Source: an uncultured Acidobacteriaceae bacterium (GTDB taxonomy: Bacteria; Acidobacteriota; Terriglobia; Terriglobales; Acidobacteriaceae). Taken from it: a DNA stretch of 64,000 nt. The notes beneath the pieces are model-generated. The model was not told the DNA's origin. It ran no database searches and saw only the letters and a program-made list of their open reading frames with translations. The stretch lies in contig CAWITO010000009.1 in assembly GCA_963839075.1 (NCBI GenBank), forward strand, positions 1,306,720 through 1,370,719. Direction: 5' to 3'. Shown piece after piece: positions 9,172 to 18,481 of the stretch (its first letter is position 1; the number at the start of each line of letters is the position of its first letter). A program made the translations under genes and the position numbers.

Positions 9172-10656
9172 TCAGACCAGACGTTCAGCCGGAGTGCTTC
9201 CGGAAATCCTTAGCCCCAGCGAGACCACACCGGCAACCACCAGATTCAACGCCAGTGCCGGCAGCGCAGCGTAGATGCCATACACTTGCCCGTGCCAGTG
9301 CACCGGGTAGATCGAGCTCTTGAGTCCCAGTGACACGACCATCGCTGTACCCACACCCATGCCCGCAACCCAACCGCACAGCAGTGCCGAACCATGGAAG
9401 AAGCGGGTGAAGAGCCCGCCCACCACTGCGGGAAACACCTGCAGAATCCACACCCCGCCCAGCAGTTGCAACTCAATGGCATACTGCGACCTCACCAGCA
9501 AAACAAAAGCCAACGCCCCCAGCTTAATGACCAGAGAGACGACTTTTGCCATCGTCGCCTCCTGCCCACCGGTCATCTCGCCGGCAAAGAACGACCGGTG
9601 TACCAGCTCTCCATAAAGGTTGCGAGTAAACAGATTCGCCGTGGCGATCGACATAATCGCTGCCGGCACCAGCGCGCCAATTGCGATGGCCGCCAGGCAG
9701 AAGCCGGCGAACCACGCCGGAAACATGCTGGTCAACAACAGCGGGATGGCACTCGACGTGTTCGCGGTGTGCACTCCGGCAGCGATAGCCACGTAGCCGA
9801 GCAGAGCAATCAGCCCCAGCAACAGGTTGTAGGCTGGCATCAGCGCGGAGTTGCGGCGAATCACGCGATCGCTCGCCGCGCTCAGAGTGCCTGTCACGGT
9901 ATGCGGATACAGCATGAGCGCCATCGCCGAGCCGAGTGCCAGCGAGGCGTAGCTCATGTACTGCGTCGGCCGCAGGATGATGGAAGCCGGCGGGGTATGT
10001 TGCGCCAGTGTGGCGGAAGCAACGGCAAACACATGCCCATAGCCGCCCAGACGCGTTGGGATAATCAACACACTGGCTAGCACCATGACATACAGCATCA
10101 GGTCTTTGACGATGGCAATCAGCGCCGGGGCGCGCAGACCGCTCGAGTAGGTGTAGGCCGCAAGAATCACAAACGCGGCAATCAGCGGCCACTCTCCCTT
10201 GACCCCCAACGCGGCGATTACCTCGCGCATCCCGATCAGCTGCAGTGCGATGTATGGCATGGTGGCAAGAATGCCAGTCAACGCCAGAGCCACCGCAAGC
10301 CAGCGGCTCTGGTAACGGCCGCGAACATAGTCCGCCAGAGTTATGTAACCGTTATCGCGACAGACCCGCCACAAGGGCGGCAGCACCAGCATCATGATGG
10401 GATAGCCGAAGATGCAGTAGGGAATCGCGAAGAAGCCGAGAGCGCCGGCGCCGAAAAGCGCGGCGGGAACGGCAATTACAGTGTAGGCCGTGTAAAGATC
10501 GCCGCCGATCAGGAACCACGTCACCACCGGGCCAAATTTGCGCCCGGCCAGTCCCCACTCGTCGAGACTGGCAAGGTCAGATCGCCGCCAGCGCACCGCC
10601 CAGAAACCGGCGCCGGTCACCATCAGAAAACAAATGCAAAATACGGCGAGAGCCAT
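9172..10656 (-). CDS. Sodium:solute symporter family transporter
   Basis: Polytopic membrane protein with LAGRKFGPVVTWFLIGGDLYTAYT, typical of the SSS family. I prefer the ATG at 10656 (MALAVF...), which overlaps the upstream stop codon (TGATG). Confidence 0.85.
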   Translation of the reverse strand: MALAVFCICFLMVTGAGFWAVRWRRSDLASLDEWGLAGRKFGPVVTWFLIGGDLYTAYTVIAVPAALFGAGALGFFAIPYCIFGYPIMMLVLPPLWRVCRDNGYITLADYVRGRYQSRWLAVALALTGILATMPYIALQLIGMREVIAALGVKGEWPLIAAFVILAAYTYSSGLRAPALIAIVKDLMLYVMVLASVLIIPTRLGGYGHVFAVASATLAQHTPPASIILRPTQYMSYASLALGSAMALMLYPHTVTGTLSAASDRVIRRNSALMPAYNLLLGLIALLGYVAIAAGVHTANTSSAIPLLLTSMFPAWFAGFCLAAIAIGALVPAAIMSIATANLFTRNLYGELVHRSFFAGEMTGGQEATMAKVVSLVIKLGALAFVLLVRSQYAIELQLLGGVWILQVFPAVVGGLFTRFFHGSALLCGWVAGMGVGTAMVVSLGLKSSIYPVHWHGQVYGIYAALPALALNLVVAGVVSLGLRISGSTPAERLV

Positions 10657-11249
10657 CAACGCAGCAGGGCGCCGTTCGAGCCGGTCCACTCGTCGACGAC
10701 CACGCCCAGGTCATTCAGAACCTGAATCGTCGCTTCAACATTGCGGCGAATCGCAACCCGTTCCGTCTTGGGAGCAGTGGGCGACTCCTCAATCGCGACT
10801 ACCCGGCCATAGGGCCACGCGTCCGATGACAGAGACGACAGCGCCTGAGGCAAATCTGCCGGCCGCACATCCACTTCCTGCTTGCGCGCGCTGGGCGGCC
10901 GCAACAGTCCTCCCGCGCTGAAAGCATTCGGATCCTGATCGCGGTAGATGATGGTCAGCGTCACCGTCTGCGGGTGCACCACCAGAAACGGATTTCCGTA
11001 CAGATCCTTGCTGTGAACACTGAGGTAGCGGTTTTTGGAGGGCGGCGGAATTTGTTCCAGCTCTTCCCGCGCGGTGTCCATCTTGCTCCGCTGCTGTTGC
11101 CGCTCCTGCCGTACTTCGGCGCGAGACGGCCCAGCGTTCGACGCCGCTACCTTGCAGCCGGTGATACCGGCCAGTAGCGTGCACAGCAATGCAATCGAGT
11201 GGGGAAGCGGCCGAACCACAGCATAAGCATAGCAAGCACCACACATCAC
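10656..11249 (-). CDS. Lipoprotein, unknown function
   Basis: Signal peptide plus lipobox ...LLAGITGC. It is stop/start coupled to the symporter. No recognised domain. Confidence 0.55.
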   Translation of the reverse strand: MMCGACYAYAVVRPLPHSIALLCTLLAGITGCKVAASNAGPSRAEVRQERQQQRSKMDTAREELEQIPPPSKNRYLSVHSKDLYGNPFLVVHPQTVTLTIIYRDQDPNAFSAGGLLRPPSARKQEVDVRPADLPQALSSLSSDAWPYGRVVAIEESPTAPKTERVAIRRNVEATIQVLNDLGVVVDEWTGSNGALLR

Positions 11250-11267
11250 AGCGTTAGTGGTCGTGGT

Positions 11268-12050
11268 TCATTTCCCTGTCCAGCGGGGCGCGCGCTTCTC
11301 CACAAAGGCTTGCGCTCCTTCGGTCTTGTCGCTGGTCGAACAGACAAGGCCAAACAGCGACGCCTCCAACTCCAGACCGCTGGCCAACGGCAAGTCATAC
11401 CCGGAGTTCACCGCGCGTATGGATTCACGAATCGCCAGCGGAGCCATGCCGGCAATCGTCTGCGCGATCTCTTCGCCGCGAGCCATCAGATGCTCCGGTT
11501 CGACGACTTCATCCACCAACCCGAGGCGAAGCGCGTCGACGGCGCTGATCACTTCGCCAGTGAGAATCATCTTCAGCGCTGCACCCTTGCCGATGAGACG
11601 CGGCAAGCGCTGCGTGCCCCCATAGCCGGGAATGATGCCTATCTTCACTTCCGGCTGTCCCAGCTTTGCCGTCGTAGCTGCGATCCGCAACGTGCATGCC
11701 AGCGCCAGTTCGCAGCCGCCGCCGAGTGCAAAGCCATTGATACAGGCAATCACCGGCTTGCCGCAGCTTTCAATCAGGCTGAAGATGCGTTGCCCCCGGG
11801 CCGCCAGCTTTTCTCCCTCGAGAGGAGACAACGCGGCGAATTCGCGGATGTCCGCTCCAGCGGCAAAGGCTTTCTCGCCTGCCCCGGTCAATAACACGGC
11901 CCGCACTTCGGCGTTCTCCCGAATCTCCAGGAACACCTGCTCCAACTCGTTCATACTCTGTTGGTTGAGTGCGTTCAGGACCTTGGGCCGGTCGAGCGTC
12001 ACGACTGCCAGCGGGGCCCGCAATTCATAGCGTACGTTCTCCAAGGTCAT
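11268..12050 (-). CDS. Enoyl-CoA hydratase (crotonase family)
   Basis: 260 aa with VLLTGAGEKAFAAGADI and ACINGFALGGGCELALAC, both crotonase signatures. Confidence 0.85.
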   Translation of the reverse strand: MTLENVRYELRAPLAVVTLDRPKVLNALNQQSMNELEQVFLEIRENAEVRAVLLTGAGEKAFAAGADIREFAALSPLEGEKLAARGQRIFSLIESCGKPVIACINGFALGGGCELALACTLRIAATTAKLGQPEVKIGIIPGYGGTQRLPRLIGKGAALKMILTGEVISAVDALRLGLVDEVVEPEHLMARGEEIAQTIAGMAPLAIRESIRAVNSGYDLPLASGLELEASLFGLVCSTSDKTEGAQAFVEKRAPRWTGK

Positions 12051-12082
12051 CTCCCATCAGCTACGTAGTACTCTCAGAAGTG

Positions 12083-12949
12083 ATGATAAAGGGAATCACC
12101 ATCGTGCGGCCGGCCGGCACGCCCGACGCCTATACCAAGCTGGTCAGTTTCTTCTCCGCGCTCGGTTTTGAAGCCGGCCGGGGGTGGGAACAAGAACGAA
12201 GCCGAGGCGCTTCCTTCCTCGCCCCCCTGGGGAACCTGGAATTCGCGGACGGCTTGGTACCGGCCTCGACCGAGATCATGGTGGAAGTGACTGGAATTGA
12301 AGCCGTGCAGACCGTAGCCCGCGAGTGGATGAGCAAGCACTGGGGTGAGCAGGAAGCGCGCAACCGGCTGAGCGACGTGAACGAAACCACCTGGAAGACG
12401 CGCCTTTTTACCGCTGAGCCTGTGCCCGGCCACGCCATCGCCTTTTGGGAATGGGATGACCCTCACAAAGGAAAGCCCGTGGCCCTGGAGGGCGATCTCA
12501 GCGCCCATGGCATGCGCTTCGCAATTGTTGTGTCGCGTTGGAACGCAGTCATCACCGACCGCCTGCTGCAGGGAGCGCTCGACGGCCTCTATCGCAGTGG
12601 GGCGGCCCGCCGCGATGTGCAGGTGATCCGCGTCCCAGGCGCCTGGGAGATTCCGTTAGCCGCGCGTAAAGCTGCGAGTAGCGGGCATGTCGACGCAGTG
12701 ATCACGCTCGGCGTGCTGCTGCGCGGCGAGACAGCTCACTACGAGGCGATTTACAACGAGGTATCGCGCGGCATCGGGCAGTCGCAGCAGGATACCGGCA
12801 TCCCGCATGCCTTCGGCGTATTGACGTGCGAAACCCTGGAGCAGGCTTTGAATCGCGCCGGTATTAAGGCCGGCAACAAAGGCTTCGAGGCTGCTGTCGC
12901 TGCGATCGAGATGGTCTCTCTGGAACGCAAGATGATTGGCCAACCATGA
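12083..12949 (+). CDS. ribH: 6,7-dimethyl-8-ribityllumazine synthase with an about 130-aa N-terminal VOC-like extension
   Basis: The C-terminal 155 aa, MRFAIVVSRWNAVITDRLLQGALDGL...VITLGVLLRGETAHYEAI...AFGVLTCETLEQA, is canonical RibH. The in-frame N-terminus MIKGITIVRPAGTPDAYTKLVSFFSALGFE...HAIAFWEW is extra. The gene is stop/start coupled (ATGA) to nusB. Confidence 0.8.
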   Translation: MIKGITIVRPAGTPDAYTKLVSFFSALGFEAGRGWEQERSRGASFLAPLGNLEFADGLVPASTEIMVEVTGIEAVQTVAREWMSKHWGEQEARNRLSDVNETTWKTRLFTAEPVPGHAIAFWEWDDPHKGKPVALEGDLSAHGMRFAIVVSRWNAVITDRLLQGALDGLYRSGAARRDVQVIRVPGAWEIPLAARKAASSGHVDAVITLGVLLRGETAHYEAIYNEVSRGIGQSQQDTGIPHAFGVLTCETLEQALNRAGIKAGNKGFEAAVAAIEMVSLERKMIGQP

Positions 12950-13368
12950 GCGCGACCGGTAAGCGGCGCAAGTCACGCGAACTTGCAATGCAGATGCTGT
13001 TTCAAGCGGACGTAGGCAAACACACGCCTGAACAAGTGCGCAAAACCTTCTGGGGCTCGCGCGATGAGGTCGATGCGGAAACCCGCGGGTTCTCTGAAGA
13101 CCTTTTCCGCGTCGCCACGGCACGCAATGAAGAGATCGATGAACTGATCCAGGCTCACTCCGCGAATTGGCGTCTGAACCGGATGCCGGCCGTTGACCGC
13201 AACGTGTTGCGCGCCGCGATTGCCGAACTGCTGGGCTTCCCCGACACACCCGTGCCGGTTGTGATCAATGAATCGCTTGAGATTGCTCGTCGCTACTCGG
13301 CGCCGGAATCGCTGAATTTTCTGAATGGTGTGCTGGACGCTGTCGCGAAACAGCGAAAGTCGTCATAA
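12946..13368 (+). CDS. nusB: Transcription antitermination factor NusB
   Basis: 140 aa. RELAMQMLFQAD...NRMPAVDRNVLRAAIAELL...VVINESLEIARRY plus the conserved ribH-nusB order. Confidence 0.9.
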   Translation: MSATGKRRKSRELAMQMLFQADVGKHTPEQVRKTFWGSRDEVDAETRGFSEDLFRVATARNEEIDELIQAHSANWRLNRMPAVDRNVLRAAIAELLGFPDTPVPVVINESLEIARRYSAPESLNFLNGVLDAVAKQRKSS

Positions 13369-13564
13369 GCTGCTTCCTGTCCAGAAAGAAGATAAAAAGA
13401 CAGAGCGAACATTGCACATGCAGGGGATCCACCTCGATCAGGGAGTCGAGAGTGGAGGACGCATTGCAATCTCTACAAACGACGGTGGGGATTTCATCGT
13501 AGTCAGTTAGCGATTGGTCGAAGTTTGCCACGTACGAAGTACGAGGCGAACTCGACTCTGGATT

Positions 13565-14686
13565 TTATTTCAAATCCATGACGACGATCCGGCCATCGGA
13601 CTGGAAGCTGCCGCCGGTTGCCGTTTTCGCTGTAGTGAGCGGATTCGCAGGTTTTACGTACGCCGCGCCGGCCAGGACTCCGGCGTCGGAAAAGCTCTGC
13701 TCCAGGAAGTCGCGCTCCTGGTCGACATTAGCGTCGATGTGATGCGTCACCCCTCCGTTGCGCTGGTCCTTTTCAAAACCATTGTCGTGGGTGCACGATC
13801 CCACCCAGAATGGCTCGCCGCCTACCGTTTCCGTGGTCTTCCAAACTCGGAGATGGTGCCGGATCGCCGCCACCTCAAGTGGAGATGCGCGCGCGAAGGA
13901 GAGATCCTGCGAGCGCCCAAAAAGATAGAGCGTGCTCATCGGCATCTCGGTGTAGGCCGCATGCGACAGGGTTGAAACCAGCCCGTGGACAACCGCGTCC
14001 TGAGTCGTCTTATCCACCTGCACCCATCCCGCGGCCGCAAAGGCTTTGGTCACCTGATCCTGAGTGCCGATCAGGGAGAAGTTGACCATGTCTCCCGGGT
14101 TTCCCTGCAAATCCCCCACGCGCCGGGGAATGTCGGCATAGAGTTGCGGTGACAGAAGGCTCGCGAGGTCGGGCGCGGAGATGGATTTCTGTCCAGTTTG
14201 CGCTGCGAGTTTCATCTTGACCGCGATGCTGCCCGTTCCGGAAAGGTCGGAACTCAGGTTCAGCCGCAGGAATAAGTGCCCGGTGGCGGAGACGGGCATA
14301 TCCTTGCTGGCGCCGATCAAGAAGGGAACTGCAGCGTCTCCATTGCCGATGCGGCCGATCAGGGCTCCGCTGTTGGCGCTATTGAGGGGATAAACACGAA
14401 TCAGGTCTTTCCATCCCCGGGTAAGGCCATCGGGGGGCAGTTGGCGCCCATCCGCCAGGGCGAGATTGCCGGTCGCAGTGAAGGTGAGTTGGTCGGCCGG
14501 AGTCACCTCAACGCCGGTGTCTGTCCAATCGCCGCTATCTACTTTGAAGGAGTAAGAGTCCTTGCGTGCCTTGAGCACCGAGGCGTCCGGTGCGGTTGCC
14601 TTGATGACTTCCACCTGTGCGAATGCCGGCAATAGGAAGCAGCTTGAGAATGCAAGGACGGCGAACGTGCGCTTGTTCATGCTCAT
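13565..14686 (-). CDS. Secreted protein: PA-IL/LecA-like N-terminal domain plus LssY-like C-terminal domain
   Basis: Signal peptide MSMNKRTFAVLAFSSCFLLPAFAQ. The segment GDWTDTGVEVTPADQLTFTATG...GALIGRIG is lectin-like. The C-terminal LYLFGRSQDLSFAR...HHLRVWK resembles LssY_C (from memory). Confidence 0.65.
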   Translation of the reverse strand: MSMNKRTFAVLAFSSCFLLPAFAQVEVIKATAPDASVLKARKDSYSFKVDSGDWTDTGVEVTPADQLTFTATGNLALADGRQLPPDGLTRGWKDLIRVYPLNSANSGALIGRIGNGDAAVPFLIGASKDMPVSATGHLFLRLNLSSDLSGTGSIAVKMKLAAQTGQKSISAPDLASLLSPQLYADIPRRVGDLQGNPGDMVNFSLIGTQDQVTKAFAAAGWVQVDKTTQDAVVHGLVSTLSHAAYTEMPMSTLYLFGRSQDLSFARASPLEVAAIRHHLRVWKTTETVGGEPFWVGSCTHDNGFEKDQRNGGVTHHIDANVDQERDFLEQSFSDAGVLAGAAYVKPANPLTTAKTATGGSFQSDGRIVVMDLK

Positions 14687-14703
14687 AAGACGTGCGAAAC
14701 CGC

Positions 14704-14739
14704 AAAAAAGGAGAAGGCCCCAGCCATCTGGCTGAGGCC
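14704..14739 (-). terminator. Rho-independent terminator of ahcY
   Basis: The minus-strand RNA reads GGCCUCAGCC-AGAU-GGCUGGGGCC (10 bp, one G-U) followed by UUCUCCUUUUUU. It lies 21 nt after the ahcY stop. Confidence 0.8.
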
Positions 14740-14759
14740 CCCGAATTGTAACAAGTAGT

Positions 14760-16184
14760 TTAATACCGATACGTTTCTGGTTTGTACGGTCCCTCGGGAG
14801 CGACCCCCAGGTATTCCGCCTGGGCAGGCGACAGCGTCGTTAACTTCACGCCGATCTTCTCCAGGTGCAATCGCGCCACTTCCTCATCCAGCTTCTTGGG
14901 CAGCGTATACACATCGACCTTGTAGGTGTCTTTGTTCTTCCACAAGTCGATCTGCGCCAGTGTCTGGTTCGCGAAGCTGTTGCTCATCACGAAGCTGGGG
15001 TGGCCAGTGGCGCATCCCAGATTCACCAGACGGCCTTCCGCCAGCACAAAAATGCTGTGCTTGGGGAAGTTGTACTGGTCTACCTGGGGCTTGATGTTGA
15101 CCTTCTTCACCCCGGGTGCGCTGTTCAGGCGATCAATCTGGATTTCGTTATCGAAGTGGCCAATGTTGCAGACGATGGCCTGGTCTTTCATCTTCGACAT
15201 GTGATCCAGCGTGATGACATCCACATTGCCGGTGCAGGTGACGTAAATGTCGCCGCGTCCCAGCGTGTCTTCGATGGTGGTGACTTCGTAGCCTTCCATC
15301 GCCGCCTGCAGAGCGTTGATGGGGTCAATCTCGGTGACCACCACCCGCGCACCCATTCCGCGCAGGGAGTGGGCTGAGCCCTTGCCCACGTCGCCATAGC
15401 CGCAGATCACCGCTACCTTACCCGCAACCATCACGTCGGTTGCTCGCTTGATGCCGTCCGCCAGCGACTCGCGGCAGCCGTACAGGTTGTCAAACTTCGA
15501 CTTGGTCACGGAGTCATTCACATTGATTGCCGGAACCAGCAACTTGCCCTGTTCTTTCATCTTGTAGAGGCGGTGAACACCAGTGGTCGTCTCTTCCGAG
15601 ACGCCGCGCCACGCCTTGGCAACTTCGTGCCAATGGTTCTTGTCCTCACCGTGGATCTTCTTGAGGAGATCCTTGATGACCTGCTCTTCGTGGTTCGAAG
15701 AGGGTGTGTTCACCCAGGTGTCGCCTTCTTCCAGCTCGTAGCCTTTGTGGATCAGCAGGGTCACATCGCCGCCATCGTCCACCACCAACTCCGGTCCCTT
15801 ACCCTCGCCGTGGTCCAGGGCCTGTGCCGTGCACCACCAGTACTCTTCCAGTGTCTCGCCCTTCCACGCAAAGACGGGAACGCCGCTGGCGGCGATGGCC
15901 GCTGCTGCGTGGTCCTGGGTGGAGAAGATGTTGCAGCTGGCCCAACGCACCTTGGCGCCAAGCTCGACCAGGGTCTCAATCAGGACCGCGGTCTGAATCG
16001 TCATATGCAGGGAGCCGGTAATGCGGACCCCGGCAAGCGGCTTCTCCGCGGCATACTTGCGGCGGATGGACATCAGGCCCGGCATTTCGTGCTCGGCGAT
16101 GGAAATCTCTTTGCGTCCCCAGTCAGCCAGGGAGAGGTCAGCCACCTTGTAGGCGGGAGCGGTAGTGATCGTAGCTGGTGTCAT
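14760..16184 (-). CDS. ahcY: Adenosylhomocysteinase
   Basis: 474 aa. [15 protein letters not shown]...MPGLM...GYGDVGKG (NAD site)...[10 protein letters not shown], a full-length AhcY pattern. Confidence 0.95.
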   Translation of the reverse strand: MTPATITTAPAYKVADLSLADWGRKEISIAEHEMPGLMSIRRKYAAEKPLAGVRITGSLHMTIQTAVLIETLVELGAKVRWASCNIFSTQDHAAAAIAASGVPVFAWKGETLEEYWWCTAQALDHGEGKGPELVVDDGGDVTLLIHKGYELEEGDTWVNTPSSNHEEQVIKDLLKKIHGEDKNHWHEVAKAWRGVSEETTTGVHRLYKMKEQGKLLVPAINVNDSVTKSKFDNLYGCRESLADGIKRATDVMVAGKVAVICGYGDVGKGSAHSLRGMGARVVVTEIDPINALQAAMEGYEVTTIEDTLGRGDIYVTCTGNVDVITLDHMSKMKDQAIVCNIGHFDNEIQIDRLNSAPGVKKVNIKPQVDQYNFPKHSIFVLAEGRLVNLGCATGHPSFVMSNSFANQTLAQIDLWKNKDTYKVDVYTLPKKLDEEVARLHLEKIGVKLTTLSPAQAEYLGVAPEGPYKPETYRY

Positions 16185-16206
16185 TCGTAGAACCTCACAT
16201 CGTTAA

Positions 16207-16222
16207 ATCAGGATATGTTGAT
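16207..16222. promoter_or_regulatory. Imperfect palindrome ATCAGGATATGTTGAT in the ahcY/regulator divergent gap (candidate operator)
   Basis: 12 of 16 positions are self-complementary (ATCAnnATATnnTGAT). It is the only dyad in the 57-bp intergenic region 16185..16241. Confidence 0.35.
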
Positions 16223-16241
16223 ACAATAGTCCCCAACAGCC

Positions 16242-17168
16242 ATGAGGTCAATCGCAAAATCTCTTCGGGTCTTAGGCGACACCTATCGCCTCCGCGCTCT
16301 CTTGCTGTTGGCGCAGGAGGAACTCTCCGTGGCGGAGTTACAGGAGATTCTCCAGGTGGGCCAAAGCACTATATCGACCCATTTGGCGCTACTCAAGAAT
16401 GCCGGCCTGGTGGAAGGACGGCGCGCAGGCAAGAACATCTGGTACCAATTTGTTCCGGAGTCGGGCGTTCTGGGACTGCTCGGGCCGCTGCGCGAGTCGG
16501 CACTTGAGACTCCGGAGGCGAAGCACGATCTGGCTGCGCTGGCCCTGGTCCTGCGGAAACGTCAGGACAAGACGCGGGCCTTCTTCGATGACATGGCGGG
16601 GCGCCTGGGCCGCGAGTATGTCCCCGGGCGGTCGTGGCAGAGCATTGCCGAGGCCGTGCTGCAGCTGCTTCCGCCGTTGGTGATTGCCGATTTAGGCGCG
16701 GGAGAGGGAGCTCTGTCGATGCTGTTGGCCCGCAGCGCGCAGCAGGTGATTGCGGTCGACAATTCCGACAAGATGGTCGAACTGGGCACCACACTGGCAC
16801 AGAAGCAAGGCGTAACCGCGCTCGAGTATCGCAAGGGCGATCTGGAAGCTGTGCCGATCGAGGATGGCGCCGTGGATCTGGCGCTGTTTAGCCAGTCGCT
16901 GCACCACGCGATTCATCCCGAGCGCGCGATTGCCGAAGCCTGGCGCATTCTAAAGCCCGGAGGACGCATCACAATCCTGGACCTGGTCCAACATCGTTTC
17001 GCCGAGGCGAGAGAGTTATATGCGGATGTTTGGTTAGGCTTTAGCGAAGTCGAGCTGGAAAACCTGCTGGCCAGAGCCGGCTTTCAAAAAATCCACACCG
17101 ACGTGGTGCACAAAGAAACTGAAGCCCCGTTCTTTCAGACCGTGTTGGCAACGGGACACAAGCAATAA
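16242..17168 (+). CDS. sahR: ArsR-family HTH fused to a SAM-methyltransferase-like domain (SahR-like SAM-cycle regulator)
   Basis: The N-terminus LRVLGDTYRLRALLLLAQEELSVAELQEILQVGQSTISTHLALLKNAGLV is an ArsR wHTH. The C-terminus has MTase motif I, VIADLGAGEGALS. The gene sits between ahcY and metK. Confidence 0.65.
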   Translation: MRSIAKSLRVLGDTYRLRALLLLAQEELSVAELQEILQVGQSTISTHLALLKNAGLVEGRRAGKNIWYQFVPESGVLGLLGPLRESALETPEAKHDLAALALVLRKRQDKTRAFFDDMAGRLGREYVPGRSWQSIAEAVLQLLPPLVIADLGAGEGALSMLLARSAQQVIAVDNSDKMVELGTTLAQKQGVTALEYRKGDLEAVPIEDGAVDLALFSQSLHHAIHPERAIAEAWRILKPGGRITILDLVQHRFAEARELYADVWLGFSEVELENLLARAGFQKIHTDVVHKETEAPFFQTVLATGHKQ

Positions 17169-17200
17169 AAAACCGCAGATCTCATCGAGATCTGCGGTTT
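17165..17200. terminator. Bidirectional rho-independent terminator between sahR-like and metK
   Basis: CCGCAGATCTC (17173-17183) pairs with GAGATCTGCGG (17187-17197). It is flanked by A8 on the left and TTT on the right. On the minus strand the hairpin is followed by TTTTTTATT. Confidence 0.85.
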
Positions 17201-17212
17201 CCTCTCACGGTG

Positions 17213-18400
17213 CTATTTCGCTGCGCCCGCCAGCTGAGTCTTTCCCTTAACGCTGGCCGCTTCGCGCAGTGCTTGCGCTTTGTCGGTTGCTTCCCAGGTA
17301 AAGTCCGGATCCGTCCGTCCGAAGTGACCGTAGGCAGCCGTCTTGCGGTAAATCGGGCGGCGGAGATTGAGGCTTTCAATAATCCCCTTCGGCGTCAATT
17401 TGAAGTGCTCACGCACCAGCTGCTGCAACGTTGCCGAATCTACTTCTCCGGTGCCGAACGTCTCCACCAGCACGCTGACAGGATCAGCCACACCGATGGC
17501 ATACGCCAACTGCACTTCGCAGCGCTTTGCCAAACCGGCGGCCACGATATTTTTTGCGATGTACCGCGCCATGTAGGCAGCGGAACGATCGACCTTTGTC
17601 GGATCCTTGCCGCTGAACGCGCCGCCGCCGTGCCGGCCCATGCCTCCGTAGGTATCCACGATGATCTTGCGTCCGGTCAGACCGGTATCGCCCATCGGGC
17701 CCCCGATCACAAAACGTCCGGTCGGATTGATGTGGTACTTGGTGTCGGCATCGAGCAGCTTGGCAGGAAGCGTAGCCTGGATTACGTGCTTGAGAATGTC
17801 GGCGCGTAGCTCCTCAGTGGAAATGTTCTCGGAGTGTTGGGTAGAAATCACTACGGCATCAATGCGGACAGGATTCATGTCCTTGTCGTACTCGACCGTC
17901 ACCTGGCTCTTGCCATCGGGCCGCAGGTAGGAAAGCAGCCCGCTCTTGCGCACCTGGGTCAGCTTCTGGCTCAGCTTGTGGGCCAGCGAAATCGGTGTCG
18001 GCATCAGATCGGTATTCTCGTTGCTGGCGTAGCCGAACATCATTCCCTGGTCGCCGGCGCCGCCGGTATCTACGCCCATGGCGATATCGCCCGACTGCTT
18101 ATTGATGCTGGAGATGACCGCGCAGGTATTCGAATCAAAACCGTAAAGCGCGTTATCGTAGCCGATGGAAGCGACGACTCCGCGTACCAGGGACTGAAAG
18201 TCAACGTACGCTTTGGTCGTAATCTCGCCGGCGATCACCACCAGGCCGGTGGCAGTTAGGGTCTCGCAGGCTACGCGGCTGAAAGGATCCTGATTGAGGC
18301 ATGCATCGAGGATCGCGTCCGAAATCTGGTCAGCGATCTTGTCGGGATGGCCTTCGGTCACCGACTCGGATGTAAATAAAAATCTGTCGTTTTGGGGCAA
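17213..18400 (-). CDS. metK: S-adenosylmethionine synthetase
   Basis: ...[28 protein letters not shown]... through ...[19 protein letters not shown]. The track ORF extends to 18454. I prefer TTG at 18400, which is preceded by AGGAGG 9 nt upstream. Confidence 0.95.
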   Translation of the reverse strand: MPQNDRFLFTSESVTEGHPDKIADQISDAILDACLNQDPFSRVACETLTATGLVVIAGEITTKAYVDFQSLVRGVVASIGYDNALYGFDSNTCAVISSINKQSGDIAMGVDTGGAGDQGMMFGYASNENTDLMPTPISLAHKLSQKLTQVRKSGLLSYLRPDGKSQVTVEYDKDMNPVRIDAVVISTQHSENISTEELRADILKHVIQATLPAKLLDADTKYHINPTGRFVIGGPMGDTGLTGRKIIVDTYGGMGRHGGGAFSGKDPTKVDRSAAYMARYIAKNIVAAGLAKRCEVQLAYAIGVADPVSVLVETFGTGEVDSATLQQLVREHFKLTPKGIIESLNLRRPIYRKTAAYGHFGRTDPDFTWEATDKAQALREAASVKGKTQLAGAAK

Positions 18401-18481
18401 AGCAGCTTTCCTCCTGATGTCTGAGCGCCTGGCCGCAGCATGGCCAGCTATCAACGGCTTTTATGCGCTCTTATGACCGTA

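Noticed and set aside
7327-9213. 628-aa + strand ORF
   Set aside because: It is antisense to the FAD/FeS oxidase and the dehydrogenase and even spans their intergenic gap. It has the Ala/Gly/Arg-rich low-information composition typical of GC-rich shadow ORFs.
13265-13531. 88-aa minus-strand ORF with CxxC...CxxC (MANFDQSLTDYDEIPTVVCRDC...)
   Set aside because: It has a GTG start with no SD, and it overlaps the nusB 3' end by about 100 nt. The second half of the translation looks non-protein-like. The first 55 aa may still be worth a homology check.
18401-18481. SAM riboswitch upstream of metK
   Set aside because: Only about 80 nt separate metK from the preceding gene, too short for a SAM-I/II aptamer plus expression platform. 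No conserved riboswitch motifs were seen.
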